Shown here piece after piece: positions 46,829 to 55,610 of a stretch of 64,000 nucleotides of DNA. This DNA comes from a virus (lineage: Duplodnaviria; Caudoviricetes). The position numbers and the translations under genes were made by a program. Location of the stretch: positions 5,641 through 69,640 of IMG/VR virus record IMGVR_UViG_3300005573_000008; one strand, 5' to 3'. Each line of letters starts with the position of its first letter. Within the stretch, counting starts at the first letter, position 1. The notes under the pieces were generated by a model. The model was not told where the DNA came from, did not search any database, and saw only the letters and a list, made by a program, of their open reading frames with translations.

Positions 46829-47965
46829 ATGGCAGGCAAACGCAGGGGCCGCGGCGAAGGCAGCATCCGCCTGCGCGCAGATGGCCGCTGGGAAGCGAGC
46901 GTCTCGCGGGGTGACGGCACACGCAAGTCGCACTACACCCGGACGCGTCAGGAGGCACAGCGCTGGCTCGCCCAGGCGGTCCGGGCGCGTGACCAGGGGA
47001 TCGTGCTGCCAGATGAGCGGCTGACGGTCGCGGCGTATCTTGAGCAGTGGCTCATGACTGTCGCGCACGAACTCAAAGCGGGCACCTTACAGCGGCATGC
47101 AGAGATCGCTCGTCTGCATATCGCGCCGCGCATCGGCAGCAAGAAGCTCGCGCAACTGACGCCATTGCAAGTACAGGCGCTCTACACGGACCTACTCAGT
47201 AGTGGACTGGCGGCAGGCACGGTCGAGCGTGTCCACGCGGTCCTCCATAAGGCGCTGGAGGACGGGGTCCGCCTGGACCTCTTGCCGCGCAACGTGTGTG
47301 ACCGGGTACGTGTGCCGCGGCCACGACAGCGAGAAAAGCGTGTCTTTACACGCGAGCAGGCCCATACGTTTCTGCTGGCGGTCGAAGGCGACCGGCTGGA
47401 AGCGCTCTACGTGCTAGCGGTGTCGAGCGGGATGCGCCTGGGTGAGCTGCTCGGCCTCACCTGGCGCGATGTGGACCTGTCCTGTGGTCGCCTACAGGTC
47501 CGCCAGAATCTGCAGCGCGATCGGACGACCAATGTGCTGTATGTGGAGACACCGAAAACGGAGCGCAGCCGGCGCGAGATCGTGCTTACGCCGCAGGCGG
47601 TAGAGGCATTGCGTCAGCATCGCAACCGGCAGCGTCAAGAACGTCTGCGGGCCGGTCCGTTGTGGCAACCAGCACGTGACGGCGATCTCGTCTTCACGAG
47701 TGAGGTCGGGCTGCCACTTCACCCCAATTTCGTCTACAATCGGTTCCTGCGCATCTGTAGGCACGCGGATCTGCCGCGTATCGCGTTCCACGACCTGCGG
47801 CACACCTGCGCGACGCTCTTGCGTGAGGCGGGCGTCAACGCGGAAGTCGTACAGGCGGTGCTCGGGCACAGCGACATACGCACGACGCTCGGCATCTACT
47901 CGCACGTGCTACCGGCGATGCTCGACGATGCCGCCGCGACCATGGCGAAGGTGCTCGCGGGATAA
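46829..47965 (+). CDS. int: Tyrosine integrase
   Basis: Arm-binding N-terminus (RGEGSIR..DGRW), catalytic R (GMRLGEL), HDLRH and LGHS...T..IYSH. Confidence 0.95.
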   Translation: MAGKRRGRGEGSIRLRADGRWEASVSRGDGTRKSHYTRTRQEAQRWLAQAVRARDQGIVLPDERLTVAAYLEQWLMTVAHELKAGTLQRHAEIARLHIAPRIGSKKLAQLTPLQVQALYTDLLSSGLAAGTVERVHAVLHKALEDGVRLDLLPRNVCDRVRVPRPRQREKRVFTREQAHTFLLAVEGDRLEALYVLAVSSGMRLGELLGLTWRDVDLSCGRLQVRQNLQRDRTTNVLYVETPKTERSRREIVLTPQAVEALRQHRNRQRQERLRAGPLWQPARDGDLVFTSEVGLPLHPNFVYNRFLRICRHADLPRIAFHDLRHTCATLLREAGVNAEVVQAVLGHSDIRTTLGIYSHVLPAMLDDAAATMAKVLAG

Positions 47966-47994
47966 AGACCCAGCGAGAGGATGGACTGAGGAGA

Positions 47995-48024
47995 TTGACA
48001 ATGAGGACATCATGGCAGTACAAT
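47995..48024 (+). promoter_or_regulatory. Sigma70 promoter for a probably leaderless Arc-like gene
   Basis: TTGACA (47995-48000), 18 bp, TACAAT (48019-24); ATG at 48031 lies 7 nt downstream with no SD. Confidence 0.65.
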
Positions 48025-48030
48025 GGCAGC

Positions 48031-48234
48031 ATGCCAAGACAACACCAGCCGATACAACAAGAGCGGACCAACATCCGGCTGCCGCAGGAGCTGCTCGACG
48101 AGATGCGAGCACTGGCCGTGGCAGACGACCGTTCACTCAACGCCGAGATCGTACGCGCGTTGCGTGAGTTCGTGGAGCGCCGCCGGCACGGCCACCAGGA
48201 CGCGGATCAACAGACGTCACAGGTGGCGTGTTAG
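48031..48234 (+). CDS. Arc-family ribbon-helix-helix protein
   Basis: RTNIRLPQELLDEMRALAVADDRSLNAEIVRAL. Confidence 0.85.
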   Translation: MPRQHQPIQQERTNIRLPQELLDEMRALAVADDRSLNAEIVRALREFVERRRHGHQDADQQTSQVAC

Positions 48235-48281
48235 GACGCTGATGGACGTCGTTCGCAGTCGTCGTTCATGTACGGCGATCC

Positions 48282-48563
48282 TGACCCAGTAATCCGTACT
48301 AGGTCAGATCATAGGTCAAAGCACGAGATGGTTGAGAGGCAAGACGAACGCACAGAGGCCAGGAAGCCCCATGGCAAGCGCACGTACCAGACTCACGAGA
48401 GAGCGACCGATGTCGCATCTTCTGTGCCGACGTGCGTGTCTGCCGGTGTCGCGCTGGTCGCTTCTCAGCCACCTCCATGCCCTGTTTTTGTCGGTTTGGC
48501 GCCACAACAGTCGCCAAACCTGTCTACCGGCATCTACCGGCTAGTAGGTCACAACATGGGTCA
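48282..48563. other. attP-like site with integrase arm-type repeats
   Basis: T(A/G)GGTCA pairs 12 bp apart at 48300/48312 and 48545/48557, an inverted copy at 48282, a 9-bp inverted repeat (48493-48520) and TCTACCGG x2, all just downstream of int. Confidence 0.6.
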
Positions 48564-48759
48564 AATCTATGTGGCTGCGATGTTCCATCAGGGGAAAGGA
48601 GAGTGATACTGACATGCATTGTAGCGGGCAGGGCAAAAGGAAAACTTCGCGCTGATCATCAGGTGGAACGCGCAACAGATGCGTGAGGTGCTCAGAGGCA
48701 TACAGGCAGTGGATTTCAGGTGATCTGCGTGAGCGTGACATGCGGGGAGAGGTAGTCAC

Positions 48760-48924
48760 ATGATTTGGAACCACTTTCAGCCATGCGTTATTCATGGCGG
48801 AGATTGCGATCATATAGAGCCACTGAGCCGTGGTGGAACAAATCACCCCGACAATCTCGCGACAGCATGTGAAGCATGCAATCGTGCCAAGCGAGATAAA
48901 ACCCTGGAAGAGTGGCGACGATGA
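48760..48924 (+). CDS. Minimal 54-aa HNH domain protein (below the ORF-track cutoff)
   Basis: RBS GGAGAGG; MIWNHFQPCVIHGGDCDHIEPLSRGGTNHPDNLATACEACNRAKRDKTLEEWRR; TGA overlaps the rep ATG. Confidence 0.6.
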   Translation: MIWNHFQPCVIHGGDCDHIEPLSRGGTNHPDNLATACEACNRAKRDKTLEEWRR

Positions 48925-50198
48925 GCGCTGTGGCAATTCGGTACGATGAGGCATATGAGTGGGCGAGGCGGACTATGGAAACACCAGGTGTCTATCAGAA
49001 AGATGAAGCGGACCCGCACGCCGATGTTTCCAATGATTCCGATTCCAATACCCTGCCGTTTAGCTGCAGCACGAATATCTCCAACGACGTGCTAGAGCAC
49101 CTTCGCCGCGCTAAGCTCGGCAGCGCCGCGATGGAGTTCTGCCTGTATATGCACCGCCGAACCTTTGGAGACGCGGGGTTTCACCGCAAGCACGGACGCA
49201 AAGAGACAACCTGTGTCTTTGATCTAGCACGCTGGGCGGGCGAGATACCAAACGACAAGAGCAACGTGCGGCGTATCCGCGCGGATCTCGTTGCCTGCCA
49301 CATCATTACCTTCACAGAAACCGGCGAACCAGGGCGCGGCATCATTGCCTGGAACACCGCCTATGACGAGTGGCTCCCCTACGATGGGCGACGCCGCTCA
49401 AAGCGAGCGGGCGTGGTTATTTTACCAGATGTGAGCAAAATAACTACGGACGGTTCCTGCAATATAACCACGCCCGCTCGGTTAAATGATGCAAAACAAC
49501 CACGCACGCTTGTTAAAACCGACGACAATATAACCACGCTCGCCAGCTTCAACAGCGCTGCTGAAGAGGTGTCAGCGCAAGTGCTAATAAAGGGGACGGA
49601 AGAAAGAGTTACGAAAGAAAAAGATGCTTACGCATCCAGCGATCGCGCTCCGCGCTCCGTCTGGCGTGTGGATCTCACGGAACCTTCAAGAACTTCGACG
49701 CCAGCGACACCGCTCGTAGCGGCGAGCGCGGATACGGCCCCACCCCCTGGCAGCGCTCGCTCCCCCGCCCCGCAGGCGAGCAAGCCGCGCAGACCACGCA
49801 AGCTGACTGACGAGCAGCTTGCGGCCCATCGAGCGGAGCAGGGCTGGTGCGCGGAGGTGCTCACGGAACTCTGCCGGCGGCTGGACGTCCACACGCCGCC
49901 CAGAGCCGGTCAGCAGAAGGCCGCGGCGAAGTGGTTCTATCGGGAGTTGCACGACGTACCTGACGGGCAGAAACGCCTCTGGCAGTGTTACGACCTCACC
50001 AAGCAATCGCGCTTCTGGCAACACCAAACGTTGCTGCTCTCGGACCTCGTCCGGCCATTCCCCGAATATCGGGCCGATCCCAAAGGCTACCGCGAACGCA
50101 TTGCGCAGGCGAACCGCGCGCCGACCCACAGTGCGCGCGCAGCTCCGGCGGAGCCGCCGGACTATAGTCCGTCGAGCGCTAACGATATCTGGAAATGA
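48921..50198 (+). CDS. Phage replication initiator (O-like)
   Basis: N-terminal wHTH-like region, low-complexity linker, directly upstream of DnaB. Confidence 0.7.
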   Translation: MSAVAIRYDEAYEWARRTMETPGVYQKDEADPHADVSNDSDSNTLPFSCSTNISNDVLEHLRRAKLGSAAMEFCLYMHRRTFGDAGFHRKHGRKETTCVFDLARWAGEIPNDKSNVRRIRADLVACHIITFTETGEPGRGIIAWNTAYDEWLPYDGRRRSKRAGVVILPDVSKITTDGSCNITTPARLNDAKQPRTLVKTDDNITTLASFNSAAEEVSAQVLIKGTEERVTKEKDAYASSDRAPRSVWRVDLTEPSRTSTPATPLVAASADTAPPPGSARSPAPQASKPRRPRKLTDEQLAAHRAEQGWCAEVLTELCRRLDVHTPPRAGQQKAAAKWFYRELHDVPDGQKRLWQCYDLTKQSRFWQHQTLLLSDLVRPFPEYRADPKGYRERIAQANRAPTHSARAAPAEPPDYSPSSANDIWK

Positions 50199-50220
50199 CT
50201 GGAAATGGGAGGACATCACA

Positions 50221-51642
50221 GTGACAACAGACGAGCGAACCGAACGACTCCTGCCGCAGAATGTGGAGATCGAGCGGTGTGTACTGGGTAGCATCCTCAT
50301 CGACTCGATGGAGCTGCACACGGTGATGCAGATCCTGAGACCCAGTGACTTCTACCGCGAGGCGCACCGGCTGATCTATGCCGCGATGGTGGACATGACA
50401 CACCAGCGCGTTCCAGTGGATGTCATGACGCTCTATGACGAGCTGGCGCGGCGCGGCCAACTGGACGAGGTTGGAGGCATCAGCTACGTGACGAGCCTGC
50501 CGAACATGGTGCCAACCTCCAGCCGGGCGGCAGAGTACGCGCGGATCGTGGAGGCGAAGGCGTTGCAGCGCCGTGTCATCAAGGCAGCGGCGGATATCGC
50601 CAGTGTCGCGTACCAGGAGCCGGATAGTCACGAGCTCATCGAGACCACCAACACGATCCTGCAGACCGCGATCCTGCGCCACGCTGTCAGTGACAGCACC
50701 GATATCGCCGATGCCATTGACGCCTTCCTGGCCGAGATTGATCAGTCCATCGACGAAGGTGTCGTGCCCGGCATCACGACGGGCTTCCGGGATCTCGACA
50801 AGCACTTGCTGGGCATCAAGCCGGGCGAGCTCGTCTACCTCTGCGGACGGCCCGGATCCGGCAAGAGCGCTATCGCCGCAGCCGCCGCTGAGTATGTCGC
50901 GCGCACTCACGGCCGTGTCGAGTGGGTCAGCCTGGAGATGAGCCACGTCCAGCAGGTAAAGCGTCTCATCGCGTCGTGGGCCAGTGTCAACGGCCGTGTC
51001 CTGCGCGCGGCATTCCGGCGCCCGGACGGCACCATCTGGGAAGAAAAGCTCGCCGAGGTGCGCGCGCTCGCTCTGGCTGCGCGTGAGGAGCTGCGTGGAA
51101 AGCTCGGTATCTACGATCACCCGTTGACGATGTCGCAGTTGCGCCAGCACGCGACACGTGCCGCCTATTCACGCGGCCTGGACTTGCTCGTGGTCGATTA
51201 TCTTGGCCTGGTGGACGGCGACGATGATCGCCAGTCGGAGTACCAGCGCATCTCACAGATCAGTCGCGCGCTAAAACAACTCGCGCTCGATCTGAAATTG
51301 CCGATCCTCTGCCTCGTGCAGATGAATCGCGAGAGCGAAAAACGTCACAACAAGCGGCCGGTGCTGTCCGATCTGAGAGACAGCGGCGGTCTGGAGCAGG
51401 ACGCCGATTTTGTTCTCGGTGTCTACCGTGGCGCGTACTACAACCGGAAGCTGGCGAAGCTGGACCCGACGTTTGCCCAACTGTGCGAGGTGATCGTGCT
51501 CAAGGCACGTGACGGTCAGTCCAACGAGACGATCCCCCTGCGTTTTGAGGCGGAATATACCAGGCCATCCGACTGGCCGGAAGATTGGCCCTGGGAAGTG
51601 TATCTCAAGAGTGACGCCGACAATGATGGCGACGCGGCCTGA
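50221..51642 (+). CDS. dnaB: Replicative DNA helicase DnaB
   Basis: LPQNVEIERCVLGSIL, Walker A GRPGSGKS, SLEM, VVDYLGL, SRALKQLA, SDLRDSGGLEQDAD, KARDG; no intein. Confidence 0.95.
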   Translation: MTTDERTERLLPQNVEIERCVLGSILIDSMELHTVMQILRPSDFYREAHRLIYAAMVDMTHQRVPVDVMTLYDELARRGQLDEVGGISYVTSLPNMVPTSSRAAEYARIVEAKALQRRVIKAAADIASVAYQEPDSHELIETTNTILQTAILRHAVSDSTDIADAIDAFLAEIDQSIDEGVVPGITTGFRDLDKHLLGIKPGELVYLCGRPGSGKSAIAAAAAEYVARTHGRVEWVSLEMSHVQQVKRLIASWASVNGRVLRAAFRRPDGTIWEEKLAEVRALALAAREELRGKLGIYDHPLTMSQLRQHATRAAYSRGLDLLVVDYLGLVDGDDDRQSEYQRISQISRALKQLALDLKLPILCLVQMNRESEKRHNKRPVLSDLRDSGGLEQDADFVLGVYRGAYYNRKLAKLDPTFAQLCEVIVLKARDGQSNETIPLRFEAEYTRPSDWPEDWPWEVYLKSDADNDGDAA

Positions 51643-51669
51643 CCATCATGCAGACACAGGAGACAGACC

Positions 51670-52167
51670 ATGACGATCGCGCTCGCAACACCGGCGACAC
51701 ACCATCCGACGGTGAACGCGCGTGTCCGTCGATATGCACGAGACCTGGCGGCCGCTCTCGGACCCGTATGGCAGGTTCAGACGGGCCATCCGCATCTCCT
51801 GCTGGATGACATGGGTCAGCAGATCGCCGTCAACTCGCAGGGCGTGGGTGTCCTGCAACTGGTGTTCATCTCGCCCAACAGTAGCCAGCAACCGGCGCCG
51901 CTCAATATCGTCTGCGGCGCGAGCGTGGCAGCCGTCGCAGCCTGCATCCGGGCGGAATGGCTGACGCCCAAGAGCATGGCGCCGCTCCCACACTGGGATG
52001 ATGTCGCCGCTGGCGCGCTTAGGATCCTCGGTGAGCGTATCGCGCACGCGGCAACACTCACCCCGTATGAACCCGGCGCCAATCCATGGGTTCGCTACCA
52101 GCTGGGCGAGCTTGAGCGCGTCGGTCGTTACCTGCTCACACGTGCTCAGCGTCACTCTCATGCGTGA
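51670..52167 (+). CDS. Hypothetical protein
   Basis: RBS AGGAG; 165 aa. Confidence 0.6.
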   Translation: MTIALATPATHHPTVNARVRRYARDLAAALGPVWQVQTGHPHLLLDDMGQQIAVNSQGVGVLQLVFISPNSSQQPAPLNIVCGASVAAVAACIRAEWLTPKSMAPLPHWDDVAAGALRILGERIAHAATLTPYEPGANPWVRYQLGELERVGRYLLTRAQRHSHA

Positions 52168-52194
52168 CCCGATGTTCCCATAAAGGAACTATAC

Positions 52195-52223
52195 TTGTCA
52201 TTGATGCGATATTTGTGTATACT
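52195..52223 (+). promoter_or_regulatory. Sigma70 promoter
   Basis: TTGTCA (52195-200), 17 bp, TATACT (52218-23). Confidence 0.7.
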
Positions 52224-52276
52224 CTGCTTGAGCTTAGCGGCACGCCTGGTATCGACGATTACGCTCAGGAGCACAG

Positions 52277-52948
52277 ATGGGGCAGAAAGGACGGGCGAAA
52301 GCGCAGCGGTGGCAGACGGCACATACGTCTCCGGACGGCAGTCACCCGGCCCGCTGGCAGCGCTCCCGTTCCCGCCGCCCTATCCTCGCGAGTCGTGAAC
52401 GTGACTCGGTGACAGGTGAGCCGCTTCGAGCGGAGACACTCAAGCTACGTGTACGCGATTACGATCGCGCACGTGATCCAGACACGCGCGTGCCCATACC
52501 GCTCAGCATCAACACGCATCAGGACGAGCGGTTTGGTAGTCACCCGGCGCGTCTGGGCCACTATGCCGGCGGACTCACTTGGAGTCCGGCGTTCCGCGAG
52601 TACATCGCGCCCGTGCTGCCCGCATCGATTCGTGAAGAGCGGCTGGCGTGCTGGCGCTGGTGGGACTCCGAGTACGTGACGCAGGGTGTGCTGCGCGCCT
52701 TCGCCGGACAACGGGATCGTGAGGCGATCGCGGCCATTCTGGCGGTGCACCGTCAGCATCGTGATCCGAAGCGAGCCGCCGCCGAGTACGGGCACACCGT
52801 CGCCTGGCTCGTGCGGATGGAGCAGCGGATCGCACGCTACGTACGCGAGACGTATGGCCTGGGTGGGCAGCTCGTACCGGCAGATCGTCGGCCGGTGACC
52901 AGAGCGGCGGGAGATCAGCCGCATACAATCGCAGACCGTGGTGGGTAG
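52277..52948 (+). CDS. Candidate late-gene transcriptional regulator
   Basis: Last gene before the terminase operon, the usual position of Q/ArpU-type activators; C-terminal HTH-like AAAEYGHTVAWL. Function inferred from position. Confidence 0.4.
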   Translation: MGQKGRAKAQRWQTAHTSPDGSHPARWQRSRSRRPILASRERDSVTGEPLRAETLKLRVRDYDRARDPDTRVPIPLSINTHQDERFGSHPARLGHYAGGLTWSPAFREYIAPVLPASIREERLACWRWWDSEYVTQGVLRAFAGQRDREAIAAILAVHRQHRDPKRAAAEYGHTVAWLVRMEQRIARYVRETYGLGGQLVPADRRPVTRAAGDQPHTIADRGG

Positions 52949-53215
52949 CAGCCCGCACGTGCGCAGGTGGCAACACTGTAAGGCGGAACGTGCAGATGCC
53001 CGCGACGCTGCTCTATGCCCTGTAAACTGCTCTTTGAATGCCTTTTAAACGATGAAATGACTTGTCCAGTACTCAGTGGTCTCTAACCCACGACTGATAA
53101 TCCGGTGATAAGCTGGCAGGGCCGGGTACGAGCGGCTTCGGCGCTCGTGGCAGGGTCACGTCAGTAAATGGGGATAGGCGCCTTCCCGGCAGACCGTGGC
53201 TGACGCACTGGAACG

Positions 53216-53539
53216 ATGGCAAGCGCGCGAGGCCGTCATCTGGCGACAGGTGGCGGCTTTCGTGTTACCGAGGCGCCGATTATGAGCCTACTCTCACCGT
53301 TTGCTGGTCCAGATCCCGATCATCCACGCTGCTGGCACTGTCTGCAGACGATCGACCGCTGCCTGTGCGCGAGTCAGCCTGGAGCACTCAACGCCATTGG
53401 GGCGCTGCACCCGCGGCTCGCGACGATGCGCGCGGCCATCCAGTCCGGCGCCTATGCCGATGATACAGGCAACGTCGCCTCACGCAAACTGGAATTTCTC
53501 CGCTGGCTCGTGCAACATGGCAAACTCGGCGGCGAGTGA
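53216..53539 (+). CDS. Hypothetical protein with CxxC..C motif
   Basis: CWHCLQTIDRCLC; LEFLRWLVQHG tail. Confidence 0.55.
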   Translation: MASARGRHLATGGGFRVTEAPIMSLLSPFAGPDPDHPRCWHCLQTIDRCLCASQPGALNAIGALHPRLATMRAAIQSGAYADDTGNVASRKLEFLRWLVQHGKLGGE

Positions 53540-53545
53540 TCACAT

Positions 53546-54163
53546 ATGGCTACCTCCATGATAAAACGCCACCGGCCGCTCAATCTGCGTGACGCACGCA
53601 TCCTGCAGGCCATCGCTTTGGTCTTCGAGGGACGGCTCTCACAGATGAAAGTGGCAGAAAATGTCCAGGTCTCCGCGCGCACGCTCGCGCGATGGATCGA
53701 CCATCCGGACTTCCAGGCCAAGCTGGATGAGATGCGCGAGCACCTGATTGAGTCACTGACAGCTCAAGGCATCCCGTATGTCCGCAAAGAGCAGCGCATC
53801 ATCGGTCTCGCCCAGATGGCGGAAAGCGCGCGACTTGAGTATGAAGAGCGGCCGCGGCTTCAGGAAGTACGTCAGATCGGGCGTGATCCCGAAAGCGGCG
53901 AAATGCTGACCATGAGTAATGAGCATTTCAATCGCGACGCGCACCAGGCGTTTCGTGACGCGCTCGACGATATCGCCAAGGAGCTCGGGCATCGTCGGCC
54001 ACAACCGGACAGGGAGAATGGGTCGAGCATTCGCATCACGATCGAAACCGACGGAAACACGCCGATCGGGGCGCTGATCAGCAACGGACCCAGCTCAACC
54101 ATCCAGGCGGCTCCAGGTATAGAACTGGTGACGGACGCAGATGACCATCGCGCAGCCAAGTGA
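53546..54163 (+). CDS. terS: Terminase small subunit (N-terminal HTH)
   Basis: QMKVAENVQVSARTLARW...PDF HTH; DIAKELG; directly upstream of TerL. Confidence 0.75.
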   Translation: MATSMIKRHRPLNLRDARILQAIALVFEGRLSQMKVAENVQVSARTLARWIDHPDFQAKLDEMREHLIESLTAQGIPYVRKEQRIIGLAQMAESARLEYEERPRLQEVRQIGRDPESGEMLTMSNEHFNRDAHQAFRDALDDIAKELGHRRPQPDRENGSSIRITIETDGNTPIGALISNGPSSTIQAAPGIELVTDADDHRAAK

Positions 54164-55580
54164 GACCGAACGCCGGTTTGTACTCAAGCCGAAGCAGCGT
54201 GCATTCGTGGAGTCCAGCGCACAGTACAGCTTCTACGTCGGCGGGATCGGCGCCGGCAAGACCTACGCTGGCGCCGTCCGCTCGATCATCTTCGCGCTTG
54301 CCCACGATGGTTCACTGGGCTTGATTGGCGCTCCGACCTATACGATGCTGCGTGACATCACGCAGCGCACATTCTTTTCACTGCTGCCGCGCGCAGCCAT
54401 TCGCAGCTACAACCGCAATGACCAGCATCTCGTGCTGGCGAACGGCTCTGAGATCCTCTTTCGCTCCATGGATCAACCGGACCGCTCACGTGGCATCAAT
54501 ATCGCTTGGTTCTGGCTGGATGAGGCGCCGCTCTGCGGCTACTATGCCTGGCAGATCCTCAAGGGCCGCCTGAGACAGCAGGGCTATCCCACAGCCGGCT
54601 GGGCGACGGGCACGCCGCACGGCAAGGACGGGTACTGGCGCGATTTCGAGGGCAAACCGCAACCGGGTCACCGGCTTTTCCGTGCGAGCACGCTAGAGAA
54701 CGCGAGCAACCTCCCGCCAGGATACGTCGAGAGCCTGGGCTATACGGGCGCTTTTTACGAGCAGGAAGTGCTCGGCCTGTTCACCGCGTTCGAGGGCCTG
54801 GTCTACACCTTCGAGTCCGATCCAAATGCACCGGCTTCGCATGTGCGTGCCACCCCGGAGGGCAAGAGATTCACCCAGGTCGTCGGCGGTGTGGACTGGG
54901 GCTACACCAATCCCGCCGTCGCGCTGGTCTTTGGCCTTGACGGCGACGAGCGCGCGTGGCAGCTCGCCGAGTTCTACCAACGGCGCGCGAGCCTCGAAGA
55001 GGACGTCATCCCGGCAATCATCCAGTTCACCCGCGACTATGGCGTTACTGACTGGTACTGCGGCCCGGACGAGCCCGAGCATATCGACCAGCTCAACCGT
55101 GCGCTCGACGGCGCGATGCTCGACAGCCGTGCCAGGCCCGCGGACAATCGCATCGTTGCCGGCATCCAGACGGTCTCGTCAGTGCTGGCCCTGCGCGGCG
55201 ACGGCACACGCGGGCTCTACGTCGATCCCAGTTGCGTCAACACCATTGCGGAATATGGCAGCTACCAGTACGCAACCAAAGAAGCAGACCAGCGCAACGC
55301 GGACGAGAAGCCGCTCAAGCAGAACGATCACGCGCTCGACGCCACGCGCTATGCCCTGCACACTGCGCTCACGCGCTTGCATACCGGCGCCGTCGCCTAT
55401 GCATCCGCTCATTCGATCACGGATCCCGCCGCACACATGATCGCGCGTGCCGCTGAGAAGCAGCCGGACGCGTTCCATCCCGATGACGATGACGCCAGTC
55501 GGCAGCACCAAGCGGATCTGGCACGTATGCTCCGCCGCCTGCAGCGTGGCGGCGACTTCGGCTTTACGCCGCGCGAATGA
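54141..55580 (+). CDS. terL: Terminase large subunit (PBSX-like)
   Basis: Walker A GGIGAGKT, Walker B FWLDEA, nuclease GGVDWGY and NDHALDATRYA. Confidence 0.93.
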   Translation: MTIAQPSETERRFVLKPKQRAFVESSAQYSFYVGGIGAGKTYAGAVRSIIFALAHDGSLGLIGAPTYTMLRDITQRTFFSLLPRAAIRSYNRNDQHLVLANGSEILFRSMDQPDRSRGINIAWFWLDEAPLCGYYAWQILKGRLRQQGYPTAGWATGTPHGKDGYWRDFEGKPQPGHRLFRASTLENASNLPPGYVESLGYTGAFYEQEVLGLFTAFEGLVYTFESDPNAPASHVRATPEGKRFTQVVGGVDWGYTNPAVALVFGLDGDERAWQLAEFYQRRASLEEDVIPAIIQFTRDYGVTDWYCGPDEPEHIDQLNRALDGAMLDSRARPADNRIVAGIQTVSSVLALRGDGTRGLYVDPSCVNTIAEYGSYQYATKEADQRNADEKPLKQNDHALDATRYALHTALTRLHTGAVAYASAHSITDPAAHMIARAAEKQPDAFHPDDDDASRQHQADLARMLRRLQRGGDFGFTPRE

Positions 55581-55610
55581 GTTCACTGAGGTCATTGAGG
55601 TCATTGCACC

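Noticed and set aside
48452-48480. Segment CTTCTCAGCCACCTCCA resembling a tRNA-Ser or tmRNA end as the att core
   Set aside because: No T-loop (GTTCGA) or cloverleaf could be built; the resemblance is too short to call without a host search.
50221-55580. Inteins in DnaB or the terminase large subunit
   Set aside because: Both proteins have normal length and uninterrupted motifs.
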